This document shows, piece after piece, positions 1 to 13,039 of a stretch of DNA of 64,000 nt (its first letter is position 1; each line of letters starts with the position of its first letter). Made by a program: the position numbers and the translations under genes. The stretch comes from Eledone cirrhosa (taxonomy: Eukaryota). The notes beneath the pieces were generated by a model. That model was not told where the DNA came from and did no database searches. It worked only from the letters and a program-made list of their open reading frames with translations. The stretch lies in contig OZ024740.1 in NCBI GenBank assembly GCA_964016885.1, positions 374,356,001 through 374,420,000 of the forward strand. Reading direction: 5' to 3'.

Positions 1-1179
1 TACATCAGATCATTTAGTCTCATGGTATATTCATTTACCCAATACACTACTGTAGATTTATACATTATTTGTCGTTCCCGAAGTATTTTATAGCAAATTT
101 GATTTTGGTGAAATTTGAGTTAAAGCCAGAAATATATGACGCATATCGCACAAGACAATCTATCCAGTTCTATAACACGTCTGCACATAAACATTGAAAT
201 GTTACCAGAGGTAGCAAAACTAGTAGCAGCATAATGAAACTAGGATTACAGCCTAAATAATTCCAATATTACTATGACACATTTCGGTTTTCCTCGCATG
301 ATGATCGTTACTATGAGATAGTTTTATTCCGGGTTCTGTGATTTATTCGGAACACCGGTATTCTCTTGATAAAATATTTCAAACAATGCATGCGTTTCTC
401 CACAAGAAGTTGTGAGTAGGATTGTATCTGCTCCGTATCTTTTTAAACTGCACAAGAATGGCAGGAATTGATCTCTCAGAATTTCAGCTGATCCATTGTG
501 ACCATCAAATATTAGAGGCTGTATTTCATCAGTACACAACCACGCAAACAAACAATAACCATATTGTTTGTGTATCTTGTGGAGGAAAATAGTACGTGTC
601 AATGATTATAGAAAATATGTCACGCATATCTGTAAATATGTTCCTTTCGTCAAGCGTCAAATGTCTGCATGAGACCTCGGGATCAAATTCCATAAGCAGA
701 GATATTGTAAACAGAATGACTTATAACATGCAGGTTTACTTGTGTTATTAGATAAATGGAGAAATGACATAATTTGGTAAACATAAGTGTATGCGAGAAA
801 TTGTCGTATATCTCCTAGTTGCCATGAGTATATCCGGTCAATTACTCATGCAACAACATGAATGCATAGAAAGAAATTGAAAGAAAAACTTATGATAAGT
901 AGAGTACTGCATGTGTATGTCCATTGGTCTGATATTTGCATAAGGATAGTGAACACGTCTTGAGATGTAAAGAGTCCACAAGTAGGACAGTATTGAAGTT
1001 TAGGTATTTATTTGATGATTGATTTCCACCTCTGTAGAACTTTCTCACTCTCTCTCTCTCTCTATATATATATATTATATTCTAGTCGATCGACTTTCGT
1101 CAAATCGGACCGAGGAAACTATGTTTCCGTTGGTCTTTCCAATTGCTAATACTATCTATCGGTCGCAACTCCAGGTAGA

Positions 1180-1298
1180 AGGAGCAACGTGAAATAAAGT
1201 GTCTTGCTCAAGGACATAACGCATCGCCTGGTTCAGGAATCGAACTCACAACCTCACGATTGTGAATCCAATACTCTAACCACTCAGCCACACGCCTT
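1180..1298 (-). mobile_element. tRNA-derived SINE, 5' part (CORE-like central domain)
   Basis: The minus strand shows A-box TGGCTGAGTGG and B-box GAGTTCGATTCC, followed by TGTCCTTGAGCAAGACACTTTATTTCACGTTGC, which resembles the CORE domain. A related copy lies at 39905-40228. Confidence 0.75.
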
Positions 1299-1300
1299 CA

Positions 1301-1540
<240 letters not shown>

Positions 1541-2494
1541 TAATAATAATTAAACGAAATCATATGTATATTTTAAAGTCTGAAAACCCACAACACCACA
1601 AATTCCAAGCCCTGGGTATTTGTTTGATATTTGTTGAAGTGTTTCGTATTCAGCATGTCAAAGAGTCTTTATTCCTGTCGTGTCTGCAAAAGAATTGATT
1701 TGAAATTATCCATGTTTTCCTCCTTAACTAATCTACAAATTTGTTTAACACATGAACATTAATAGGATAGAGACATTTAGATATTCTTAATAAAGAGACT
1801 CACGGAAGATGTTAAAATTCTTATGTTTTAAATTCGAATCTTGCCGATATTAATGGCAAATCTCATCGCCTAACATTTGTTCACGTTAGTAGCCATATCA
1901 AGCATTATTTCAATTCAATTAACAGCATTCATCATCTATTTAAACATGCACTGAGACATAATAATTATTTAATATACTGATTTATGATAACTTCAACGTG
2001 TTTTTATTGGTGGATGATATATTCAGTAGAGCAGAGAAATATTCAGTTTTTGTATATACATTATTTCAAATGTTGACGTCAAATCGTGCAGAGCTGGTCT
2101 TTAATTTTCATAGGTGAGCATTAGGTAAATCAAAGTTTAAAGTGGACTCTATTTAAACTTAGAATTAGCCACTCAATATTGGATTGTTAGAGTCACTAGA
2201 GCTCCAGACATGTTTACGACATGCATTTAGGATGAAAATCAATGTTGAAATCTACGCACTTAATCTCAGATCACTGGAACACATAAGACAAGTCATATCT
2301 ATCCGAAACCCAAACGAATATTCCATTTCATCACTCAGAGAATTACGAGAGTTGATAACCAAATGTAACTCCCTCTAATCTGTGGCCATGAACTTATATC
2401 TAAATATATTATGTTTAAGCTGGTTGAGACTGCACCAACAAATCACTTGACTAATTACATTATAGTAAATAATTCGTTTACTCACTTTATTGTC

Positions 2495-2640
2495 TAAGTT
2501 CAAGTCCTAATCCAGCTCTATGATTTACTTCATATTTACGATAATACAATCAACAGTCATGTAAAGAGGTTGATTGAATTAACTATATACTTATCTCTCA
2601 AAAATTTGGTCTTGTGAAGATGTAAGAAATCAATACTTCT
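2495..2640 (+). mobile_element. Highly decayed SINE, probably the family at 50830 and 54308
   Basis: A GTTCAAGTCC B-box-like motif and the 3' tail TTTGGTCTTGTGAAGATGTAAGAAATCAATA resemble the family tail GGCCTTGTGCCTAAAGTAGAAACAAT. Confidence 0.35.
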
Positions 2641-4429
2641 TTAATTGTCTCTAAATTTAGCTTTTATCATATATGTTTTCATTAGCTATATTCTCAGAAA
2701 CATTACACTGCTGGATATCTTTCCCGACATTTTTCTCGGAAATGGAATGCGATTTTCTTGTAAATGGATTTTAGAATGTGAAATAAAGAAATATTTAATG
2801 GCACACAATTATGTAAGCAAGTTTGAGTAATACCAGAGGCATAAATGCATTTATATCGTTCCATTCCTTTCTCTTCTCTTCTATTCACTAAACTTTCAAA
2901 ACATGTACAATGGAAGTTAAATTATTTCGTTGCTATTTTAAGAATATTGCAAGCAAACTATTAGTGTGTATTATTACAATTTCATAGAAGGAACAATATT
3001 AGAATTTCAATAGAAAATAATTATTCCGGAAAAAAATTCTTGAGTACCCATATATCTTGCCATCCATAAAGCTTTGTATGTTATAAAAGAAATAGAGCAG
3101 ATATAAATCTAAAATACTAATTATCACTTGACATTAAGCAAAGGCTACATATCTTTAAGGGAGGCTTTATAGTCGGTTAGATATATTTCAGTACTGAAAT
3201 TATATTTCATTTATTGAAACCAAGAGGAGGAATTTAAAATTTGATCGTGTTTGAATATGATTTTCTATTGTAAAATATGTGGCTGAATATCCCAAGTCAC
3301 ATTTGCGATGCTTTATTGTCATTTATCCGTGTAGTGAAATAATACTAATAAAATGAGACTAATGGGTATACCCACTGTTTTTATTGAGAATACTTTACTT
3401 AACATTTGATGTATGTAGTAGCGCTATGCTCTGCACGTGGCTTTCATGCTTTAAAATTACTAAGGAACCTTCTACTATAGGAAGTCTTTCTTTTTTGCAA
3501 AACCGTGATTATTGATATCAATACTTCGTTCAAGTATATATATTCGGCATTTTAATTTTAGACACTGATCAGGTAAAATTTCAATATCTAGTCGTATCCC
3601 CTAATTTTTATATTTGGTTTTTCACAATGACGCTGTCTATAGGTATAGATATGATCTAGATGATAGTTTTCTTTCATTTGTGGAGACAATTGTGGGAAAG
3701 ATAGAGGGACGTCTTCGGTGACAGCTTGAAATCACAATATTGATTAACTGCCGTCGGTGAATCTCTATAAAATTTTGAAAAGATGTCAGGAGAGAACTAA
3801 GTGCACGGCACTGCAATGGTGATTGTTGGCGGTATGGATAGGAACACCAGGTGGACTATAACTGTGAGGCGATTCCAAAATGGGTGGCCCCACTCACTCG
3901 AGAATGGGCGGGGAAATTGCTGTTCCGAAAATATCGTGGTGTGCCACGTCCATAAAATGAAATGGCCAAACTAGAGTGCATTCTGTATTGCCTGTGTGAA
4001 AATCCCTCTCCTCCGTATAATTTCTTCATTGCTAATATTTGTTATGTTGATAAACGGGCTGAGGATAACACACACTTAGGACAAACTTTGCAAGCATTCA
4101 CAGCATATTACAAGCTGCTGGCAGGAAACAACGTTTGTTTAATCTACAGAATTAGAGGAGATTATGAGTAACGTTAACATATGATTGACATTAGGATTCA
4201 ATGAAAGTTCTACGAGTGGATATCTCTGGAGTATTTCAAAACGTCCTTGGTTTAGCAGTGCTAAAAGGGTGCGTTACCCGACTGAGACAAGCGCTACAAA
4301 CACGGATGAGCTAATAGCAGAACGATTAGGACATGCGCCAAAGACGACGAAACCATATTGCAACATTATGTGCCTATGTATTTCAAACTTTCTGGCTTAA
4401 CTCACAGAGTTACTATCACGTATCAGACA

Positions 4430-5700
4430 GATCTAATTGAAAGCTGAACAAACCTTGAAGAAGGTGCTGCCATTGAATTTAATGGAACATGATAATCTGC
4501 GGTTTTAGTGAAAGGTTCCTCTGCAAATACCCTTTTGTCCCAGAGGACTGTGGCCAGGTTACTTTTATATACGGTGTTTGTTATATGTTTATATCACAGT
4601 GTTCCTCTTTTGCATCGAAGTGTTTGGAATTTGCCTAGTCGATATTATCGTCATGCTTGCCATTATACTTTCATGTTTAAGCCAAGACATGTGATTCATC
4701 GATTATTCTCGAACTGGTCACGTCTGTCGTTATTTAATGAATTCTGCTTCAATAAATACTTGAGATGATTTCTGAATTGGAGGTCTTGATCCTAGACCGG
4801 GATAGAGATTCCCTTAGTCACAACTTGCTTAAGGTAGCTAGGCTTTTGGTTACGAGTTCCGCATTTGTCATATACTGTTCATGTATGGGTTTGTCTCTAT
4901 ATACCTTTATCATGATATGCAGTACCTTCAGGTTTAGACTTCATTTAAAAATTTGCACAAGTTTATATGTTCATTTTATCTTCATACGCCTGTCACTTTA
5001 GCATGTACTTTGTTCACAGTTCCTTGCCTATTTAGCAGCTATTTGTAGAAATTACTTTTTTTCTGATACTTTAATGGGCATTTCGTTATTTCGACAGTTG
5101 AGATAATAGTTCTCTTTCTGAATGAAGCAACGTACTGATTTCACCCTTGCTAAATATAATATTTGTGGATTATAAATATAGTATTCTCAATGCTAGCATG
5201 ATTGTTCATTTCTATGTCTGTTTTCCCGCTATTATAAGCACGTTTAGCTTCCAATTAAGAACATTATAACTAGAGTTTATTGCTTAAACATCTTATGAAA
5301 ATCCATATATTCAGTTTTAATTTAATACGTCGCTAACAGTAAATGCTGATTTGTTCGTTCATTTGGGAGTGTTGTATACTGCTGAGTCCTATCATTCCCA
5401 GGTATTCGTATTCCTGTTTGAACTGATACTTCTTTATCTAGCCTGTTAGCTATTTTAGTTAACCTTTCTCTCTTGTAGGATTACATTAACACGTTCAATT
5501 GAATTTAAAATGCTAGCTCCGTGTAGGGTGCAATAGTCTTACTACTACCACCCTGCAACGCACAGCTTGGTATTTTCTTAAAGAGAATATGGTAGAGTTA
5601 CCCTAATTTCTTCTTCGAGTTAAGACCTGTACAACATAAACGGTTACATATATCAGCGCTCCCCCCTCAAAAAAGGGTTTAGACACATTAAATATCACTC
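4430..5700 (-). mobile_element. Highly decayed Penelope-like element (RT and GIY-YIG remnants)
   Basis: Fragmentary translations resemble PxLYGLPK..LRPI (~5640), NNEMP (~5085) and a GIY-YIG-like YI...R..EH (~4590-4650). Many stops and frameshifts. Confidence 0.35.
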
Positions 5701-6207
5701 CTCTGACAGGGGTGTGTTAACACTTAGATCATGTATTTACTATATAGTGAGTTATTTTGTTTGTAAGTTCTACGGGGAGTGAGAGAATGTAAATGGAAAA
5801 ACTAGGAGAGGGAAGTTGTCACATTAGAAAATACTCCGATCGATGTTGCCACCTCCCAGCGAGTATCGCCCTGCTTTTTGTTTCGTCTTCTAGTCCGTGA
5901 TGCTTTCTGTTATGTGTTATCCACAGTTCTGAACATTTTGAGTGTCCTCAAAATCAATGATGGTGTGTATCCGTACCATATGTTTCCTTTCATTACTAAT
6001 TCAGTTTTCTTCTCTGCATGTTGTTAACATTCCCGAACAGTAACCTTAGTTTTCTCAGCTCATTTATCCTTTATATGAACACGTCTAGAGTGGCTTTGCT
6101 ACGTTATTATTCTCCACGAATCTTTTTTTAAATCTCCTGAGTGAAATCCTCAGAAAATCTGATGAATTGCATGACAACTTGCTCTATTTAGAAGATGTTA
6201 TCATTTA

Positions 6208-6721
6208 CTAGCAGTGGTACTCGGCGTTGCACGGGATAAGGTATTCTGAAATATATAACCGCCTTAGCTAAGCTTAGTATTGCCACAACCACGGCTGGCA
6301 AATTATTAAGGGTATGGTGGCACGTAAGTAAGCAACATTGTGTCTTAAATCGTGAGGAAGACGTTATGTGCACTTACCAACTGTTTGGGGAATGAGTGTG
6401 AGATTTGTCTTGAGCAAGGGTGGCTGAATAACCGGAGGCAGCAGACAGCCAGACATACAGACAAATATTATAAGGGCGCGTCGTTATGTGTATGTATCTA
6501 TCTAAAAAGAGAAATACTAAGAGTTATAAAGAGAGATCGCTAAATCGCCTTTTGCGGTCGTTAAGGCATTGGAAATTTGAATTTTCTTTGCTCAGAACAC
6601 TCCCTGAAACATAATTATTGCATGTGTAAAGTTTGAAAAGAGTCGGTTGGCTGCTCGTCTAGTTTCAGGGATTCAAACTCCCACACACACAGACAGACAT
6701 CCTCAATTTTATATATATAGA
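6208..6721 (-). mobile_element. Non-autonomous Helitron
   Basis: The minus strand starts TCTATATATATAAAA and ends with the subterminal hairpin CCCGTGCAACGCCGAG then CTAG. It sits between A and T with no TSD and has a (CTGT)/(GT) tract near the 5' end. Same architecture as 11667-12650. Confidence 0.8.
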
Positions 6722-6909
6722 TATTGCAGAATGTGAGACTATTACAAATAATATAACTAGCGGCCGCTGTAAACTGGTGCTTGTGTGGAATATCCTAATG
6801 CAAGAGCTGTCCCGTATAAACGAGAGGCTGGCAGCATTACAGAGATAATAAATCAGCAAACACCAGATATTGCGACTTCACAGAAATTCCAATAGCAGCT
6901 CCTGGATAG
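6722..6909 (-). pseudogene. Possible degraded exon of an MFS/SLC22-like transporter (TM10-TM11 region)
   Basis: Follows a TTTTTCAG acceptor-like site. With two frameshifts and one TGA it reads AAIG-FCEVAISGVC*FIISVMLPASRLYGTALALGYSTQAPV-TAAASYII, resembling the GKF...ELFPT.RGTALGLG...AR....APY pattern. Eye alignment only. Confidence 0.25.
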
Positions 6910-8281
6910 CTGAAAAACATCTTATTTTCAGTGTGAAAAGAAAATGTGAAGGATGAGACTAGAGCGAGACTTAATCTTTGGAACACTTTTTTGAAAATAA
7001 TATGTGAGTATTCATCAGAATCAAATATTACCAGCATTTAAATAGCAGAATATAATATTTTTGAGTAAATTTATATTGCCTGTAATTATATTCAATTAAC
7101 CAGCATAGAAAACATGGAAGTTCTATGTCTTGTACAATACAAAGGCGCTGTAGTGTGGATGTAGATGGAATCTATTCCCATACAAAAATGGAATGCATTT
7201 GGAGCCGTTGATCGGGTTGACACAACCTAGATGCGATGTATTGATCTGTTTATGCATCGCTTCTTTTTTATTTGTTGTATACTTACATAGTGTTTGTTGA
7301 AATAAATTGAAGGACTTTAACCAGTCCGGCCTCTTGTCATGTTACACAATAATAATTAACTTCGTTCTCGCACCACCAAACAAGATTCAACATCAAAGAT
7401 GAATGAGTTGGATAACGTCGAGTACTTTTCCTAATATTACATGGTTAGCTATACGGAATGACCAGTTGTATCCATTGGTTGACCACCGAACATAAATGTG
7501 TGTATATATATATATATATATATATTCTCTACTCAACATATTGCAAGGGTGTTATCTGTGATACTCTAAACCTTTCATGTAGCCCAGTCAAGAACACACT
7601 TGTTGTATTTGCAAAAAAGGTAGAAATATAATTCTTTAATGGTATAACATGCGAAATAATTGCTGGTTCTTTGCATTTAGTGTTGTCGACGTTAGACATT
7701 TTTTCAACAGCATTCAAGGTCATATGTTGGTTGTCGCCTGCATCTACACCATCGTATTCATGTCTATGAATAAACACAGTAAAAGAGAGATCGAGAGAGA
7801 GAGAGAGAGATAGATAGAGATAGAGGGAGAGATGTTGAGATATGTGTTGAGACATATATAGATATAAAGACAGAAGTATATTTCAGTATTTATGACCCTA
7901 GTTGCACCATTTTAAGGGGTTTATTAATAATTTAGTTTCATAAAATAACCCGAACTAATGCTAATTTAATGAAAACATTATGAGTATGTAGTATGGTGTG
8001 TGTTCTTTAGTTTTGTTTTCCATTACTTTATCGGAAAGATTTTTGTTATTTATCGAAATATGGACGATTTGAGATTTTATATGAAAACTTGCTATCTCAT
8101 TTTACAAAGTTTCTGTTTCCTCTTACTATCTCCAAATTTCCAATCATACATATACTGTTATAATCACTAGTGTCTCTCACGTAACAACGCACATTCCAGT
8201 TATGTTTGGCAGAATGTATACACACATACACAGGCAAAGACAAACACACACTCATACACACACGCATACACACACACGCGC

Positions 8282-8344
<63 letters not shown>

Positions 8345-9014
8345 CATATATACGTGTGTGTGTGTGAGTACACACTTACATATACATGGACACCCATACA
8401 GACACAAGTTTAATTTCGTTGTTTCGTACTTACCCAGCTGTGCACAGGTGTGTGGATAATAAAAGAGTATTGATTGAAACAGATAATTACTAATAATCTA
8501 ATATATATAAGAAACACTGATACATATATTTTACAATGATATTTTTCATCTTTATATGATATCAGATAAGAAAATATGTTGTTTATTTTCGCAATGTTGA
8601 AATGCAACGGAATAAACTAACTTTCTTTTTCTTTGTCACTAACACGCAGGAAATAGTATTATCTTAGGTTATTAATAAATATATTTTTGAAACGTTACAA
8701 TTATGCAGATAGATATCCTCTCCTCTCACGAGAATATTACTTGAATTACGATAGAATGTAATTCGCACATATGGTGTAAATTCAAATACGTTGATGATGT
8801 TCACTGGAAAATGTCAGGAAAATGTGTTCAGCGAATAACGGTTTCGATCAGCGGGATTAAATAGTCTGAATATCCCAAGAAAAAATCGTTCACATATCCA
8901 CTCAATCAACTCTCCAAAGTATATATATATACAACACAGAGTTTGTGGCGCTGAATCCAAATGGCCTACTAATCATGTGAGTACTTGCTCTCTCTATCTC
9001 TCTCCCTGTATATC

Positions 9015-9312
<298 letters not shown>

Positions 9313-9329
9313 CCTAGGCTTTAATGCAC

Positions 9330-10820
9330 GTGTAGAAAAGGTCTATTAGGCCAGGTTTGTAACATGAATCAGCTGTGCTTGAGACCAGAGTTATATCGGA
9401 CAGAAATAAATAAACTGTGGGTAGAAAATGTTAGGTTGGGCGGGATGAAAGAATTGTTCATGTCCCGAAAGGCATAAATACAAACTAATATATTAATAGA
9501 AGGTTTCTTGAGAATCTTAAAGTGATATAGGCTTTCTTCACCGGACTGATCCAGCTACTACAAAGTCTGAATTCCTCTGAGAGTAATATTTGCAACGGTT
9601 GTTTATATTTTGTTTGAAATACTATATTGGAGACCTCCAACCAAACACAGCGGATTGAAGCACTATAATCGTGAAACTCTTATAAATATTTCATACTTAT
9701 ATATGAAATCAACCATACAATATTTTTAATCCAAACATTCAACTAACATTCATCAGTACTTACCTCTCTAAAATAACAGCTCCTACCTCGGGCAGACACC
9801 ACCAACCTAGTCATTTATAGCACCTATCAAATCTCTTCAACTCCAAGCCCAATCATACAATTTCCTATCAAAACATTGATTACTTACAATTTTCATAACT
9901 TCTTTCAAAATATTGACGAACAATTTGTGAAAATGTAAATTACTTTCTGATAAAATACCGACCAGAAGCCAGGTATATTATCCCAATTAAACCTTTATTC
10001 TGGCATGCAAATAACAGGAATAATTACCTAATAACGTTGCTAATAAGTATATAGCTCCTCAATCGATATAGATCATTCACAACGATTGCTGTTCATCGTG
10101 TTACATAGTATATCACCGAGGGTGTAACCCAATGTTCTGAATTATTTAAGATTGCATTGGTACCATTAGTTAAGCATTTGTTCGAGGTCAAACACGTCAT
10201 ACTAAAAATCGACACAATGTTCTATCAAGATTATAGATGAAGAATGTGATATACTCAAATTGTTGGGATGAAACATTTAGTTTTTGTACAATTTCAACTG
10301 GAAGGCGTCCCAGATATTATTAAAAGAAATAACTGTTCTACCTATGAATCTATAATAACATTTCTAGATCTGAGGACATGTAATGAACAATTGAACATCT
10401 CAGAATAATTTTTATGAATGTTCTCTTAAAAGAATTACTCGAAAAAATAGCATTGTAGCTGGTACGGATTGAATGTAAGTGAAATATGTGTAGAGTTTAT
10501 AAGAACTATGCTCTGCCTTCTATTGTCCCGAGTTCATATATTATCATTGCAGTCAGGTCGTTGTCAAGGCTTCGATAGAAACGTTGGTGGTAAAATAGCT
10601 TTTCGTTTCTTTGATGTATTAGATGTGCTGCCATCTTTTACTTTTTTCACTTGTAAGCGAGCACTTTATTCTTCTATGCAGTGATTGTCCATTGATCGGA
10701 ATTTAATATTTGTGAAATTTATATGTATTTTCTAATGGCTTTGATATGAAATTCTGAAACCGCATTATTACAGTTTTCTTTCCTAAATTAGTTTTATGTA
10801 TCCTTTCGTCATTTTTCGTA

Positions 10821-10888
<68 letters not shown>

Positions 10889-11395
10889 GTTTGTTTATTT
10901 TTATCCATCTCGTATTTCGGATTTGACATTTGCGTTTTAATGGCTAATATTAAGGTCATATAAAAATGAGTTGCCAGTGGGTCTGCACATGAAAGAAGGT
11001 GAACCTAGCGGGAATAGACGGTCATCACTATTAAATGTTGATTTCATGAGATGAAGTATGATTTGTTTTAAATGAAGTGTTCTTGGTGTGTTCGTGTATC
11101 TTTAATATCTGCTTTGGTGATAGCGTTGACACAACCTTTCAATAGTTGTATTCCTTGTGAAGTATATACGATAATTTGGTGTTGCAGTGGGTTAGAATGT
11201 TGGGTGTTGGTTGTTCGATTGAATCAATGATATCATCTAGTTTATGAGACGTTAGCTAATCCTGGACAGCATTCTAGATGGTTGATTTAAGTTCGTATTA
11301 AAGATGAAGCTTATGAGATTTATTGTTGTTATTCCATCTGTTCATAAATCTTCGGGAATGTTGTGCAATTCAATGAGTGGTATAAATCTTGCAGC
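9330..11395. mobile_element. Decayed Penelope-like element fragments in both orientations, interrupted by (TA)n
   Basis: Weak remnants only: a YYPN*T pattern similar to PLE YxLPKIHK near 9975 (+), and an RT motif-like DAARFIP near 11390 (-). Flanked by (TA)n. Confidence 0.25.
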
Positions 11396-11474
11396 ATCAC
11401 CCACACATACACACAGACAGAGATACACAAACCCATACACGCGCGCGCACGTACGCACACACACACACACATTC

Positions 11475-11520
<46 letters not shown>

Positions 11521-11524
<4 letters not shown>

Positions 11525-11655
11525 CGAAGGAAATGTGGTAAGGAACCAGGTGGACCATAACGCACCAAAGTACTCAATACTTGGGGTAGTAGAGTGGGTA
11601 ATAGGAACCAGTAAGACCCCGACAGCTCAGCTGTCGGGGTCTTACTGGTTCCTAT
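11521..11655 (-). mobile_element. Short PLE-terminus-like element ending in a fold-back hairpin (family C, copy 1)
   Basis: About 135 bp shared with 12660-12800 (opposite orientation) and 23556-23748. Contains the palindrome ATAGGAACCAGTAAGACCCCGACAGCT-C-AGCTGTCGGGGTCTTACTGGTTCCTAT and is embedded in (TA)n. Confidence 0.7.
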
Positions 11656-11666
11656 ATATATATATA

Positions 11667-12650
11667 CTAGCAGTAAAGCCCGGCGTTGCTCGGGGTCGCT
11701 CAGTAGCTGTGTTAAAGTTACAATGTTAAGTTTCTTTTTTGGCTTAAAATCTGTAGTGTCTACTGTGCAGACTTGCATGTGGTGTTTTTGATTAATATTC
11801 CCTCAACCAACAATATGCCTTATGAAGTTAAGAAAACATAACGATAACCCGAATGTTATAACAAAAGAGGATGCTGGGGATAGAAACTGCACTGGTTATT
11901 TATTAACAAAGATCGAAAATGTAAACACTGCAACGCAGAGAAAAACATTAGCGTAACCAAATTATCAGTTATGTCTGTCTGCACGCCTATATCACCTCTC
12001 TGCACGACTGTCTGTCTGCACGCCTATATCACCGCTCTGCACGACTGTCTGTCAGCACGCCTATATCACCTCTCTGCACGACTGTCTGTCTGCACGCCTA
12101 TATCACCTCTCTGCACGACTGTCTGCCTGCTCGCGTATATCACCTCTCTGCACGACTGTCTGTCTGCACGACTGTCTGTCTGCACGCCTAACGACGAAAT
12201 ATTTGCTTGTTTTACGTAGTCTTTAAATAGACTTGTTTTCAAGTAAAAATATTGTTTTAAAATGCTTTTAAATGGAAATGAAGCAAAACGGAAGTTTAGT
12301 GTTCGAACTGATGAATTTTGCAGGTCAATATTTTGCTGGCTCGACATCTGTTCGTGTATTATGTTAATGTCATTTTAAACGCTGAGAAAGCCAGCGTAAT
12401 TTTTTACGTAAGACGCTCAATGTAAACAGAACAAAGAGAAATAACTGATAACTTACGCTCAAAAATCGATACATTATATTCGATTTCGTCACATAGGGTA
12501 GGTCAATTTGAAATATTTTTTTCCGATGTCTTCGCTAGGGCTCAATGTACAAGTATAGCAATTTCGGTGCAATGCCGTCAGAGATTCTAAGAGGAGATGT
12601 GTGCCAAAAATCGATAGACAGACAGACAACCACAGTTTTATATATATAGA
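11667..12650 (-). mobile_element. Non-autonomous Helitron with internal minisatellite
   Basis: The minus strand has 5' TCTATATATATAAAA and a 3' hairpin CCCGAGCAACGCCGGG followed by CTTTACTGCTAG, in an A|T target. A (CTGT)n tract lies near the 5' end. Confidence 0.85.
11972..12190. repeat. 37-bp minisatellite (~5-6 units, some partial) inside the Helitron
   Basis: The unit CTGTCTGTCTGCACGCCTATATCACCTCTCTGCACGA is tandemly repeated, e.g. starting at 12008 and 12045. Confidence 0.9.
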
Positions 12651-12659
12651 TATATATAT

Positions 12660-12800
12660 ATAGGAACGAGTAGGACCCCGACGACTGAGCTCAAGCCGTC
12701 GGGGTCCTACTCGTTCCTATTACCCACTCTACTACACTAAGTATTGAGTACTTTGGTGCGTTATGGTTCACCTGGTTCCTTACCACATTTCCTCCTTTAT
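12660..12800 (+). mobile_element. Family C short fold-back element, copy 2
   Basis: Reverse-complement match to 11521-11655, with palindrome TAGGAACGAGTAGGACCCCGACG...CGTCGGGGTCCTACTCGTTCCTA. Confidence 0.7.
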
Positions 12801-13039
12801 ATATATATATACAACTGACTTAAACGAAAGTATGAAAATGTACTCAGTACTAACGTAGAATGTAGTCGTCTCTCTCTCTATCTATATATCTCTCACTATA
12901 TATATATATATACATACATATATTCCAATTTATCTCCATGCCAGTACGTGTTAAGTAGGTATCACTGATGAAATATTAACAAATCTTGAAACAGCACTGT
13001 CCAATTCTGAGATATATTCATCTTCTTTATATTTTTCTT

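Noticed and set aside
324-630. Minus-strand ORF 324-602 with a nearby TTTACAG acceptor-like site
   Set aside because: All three frames from the acceptor hit stops early, and no recognisable domain is present.
1225-1298. tRNA-like A/B boxes (also near 22480, 39920, 50940 and 54410)
   Set aside because: They are SINE heads without a complete cloverleaf, so they are not called as tRNA genes.
11972-12190. 37-bp repeats of CRISPR-like length
   Set aside because: The units are directly tandem with no unique spacers, there are no cas genes, the context is eukaryotic, and the array lies inside a Helitron.
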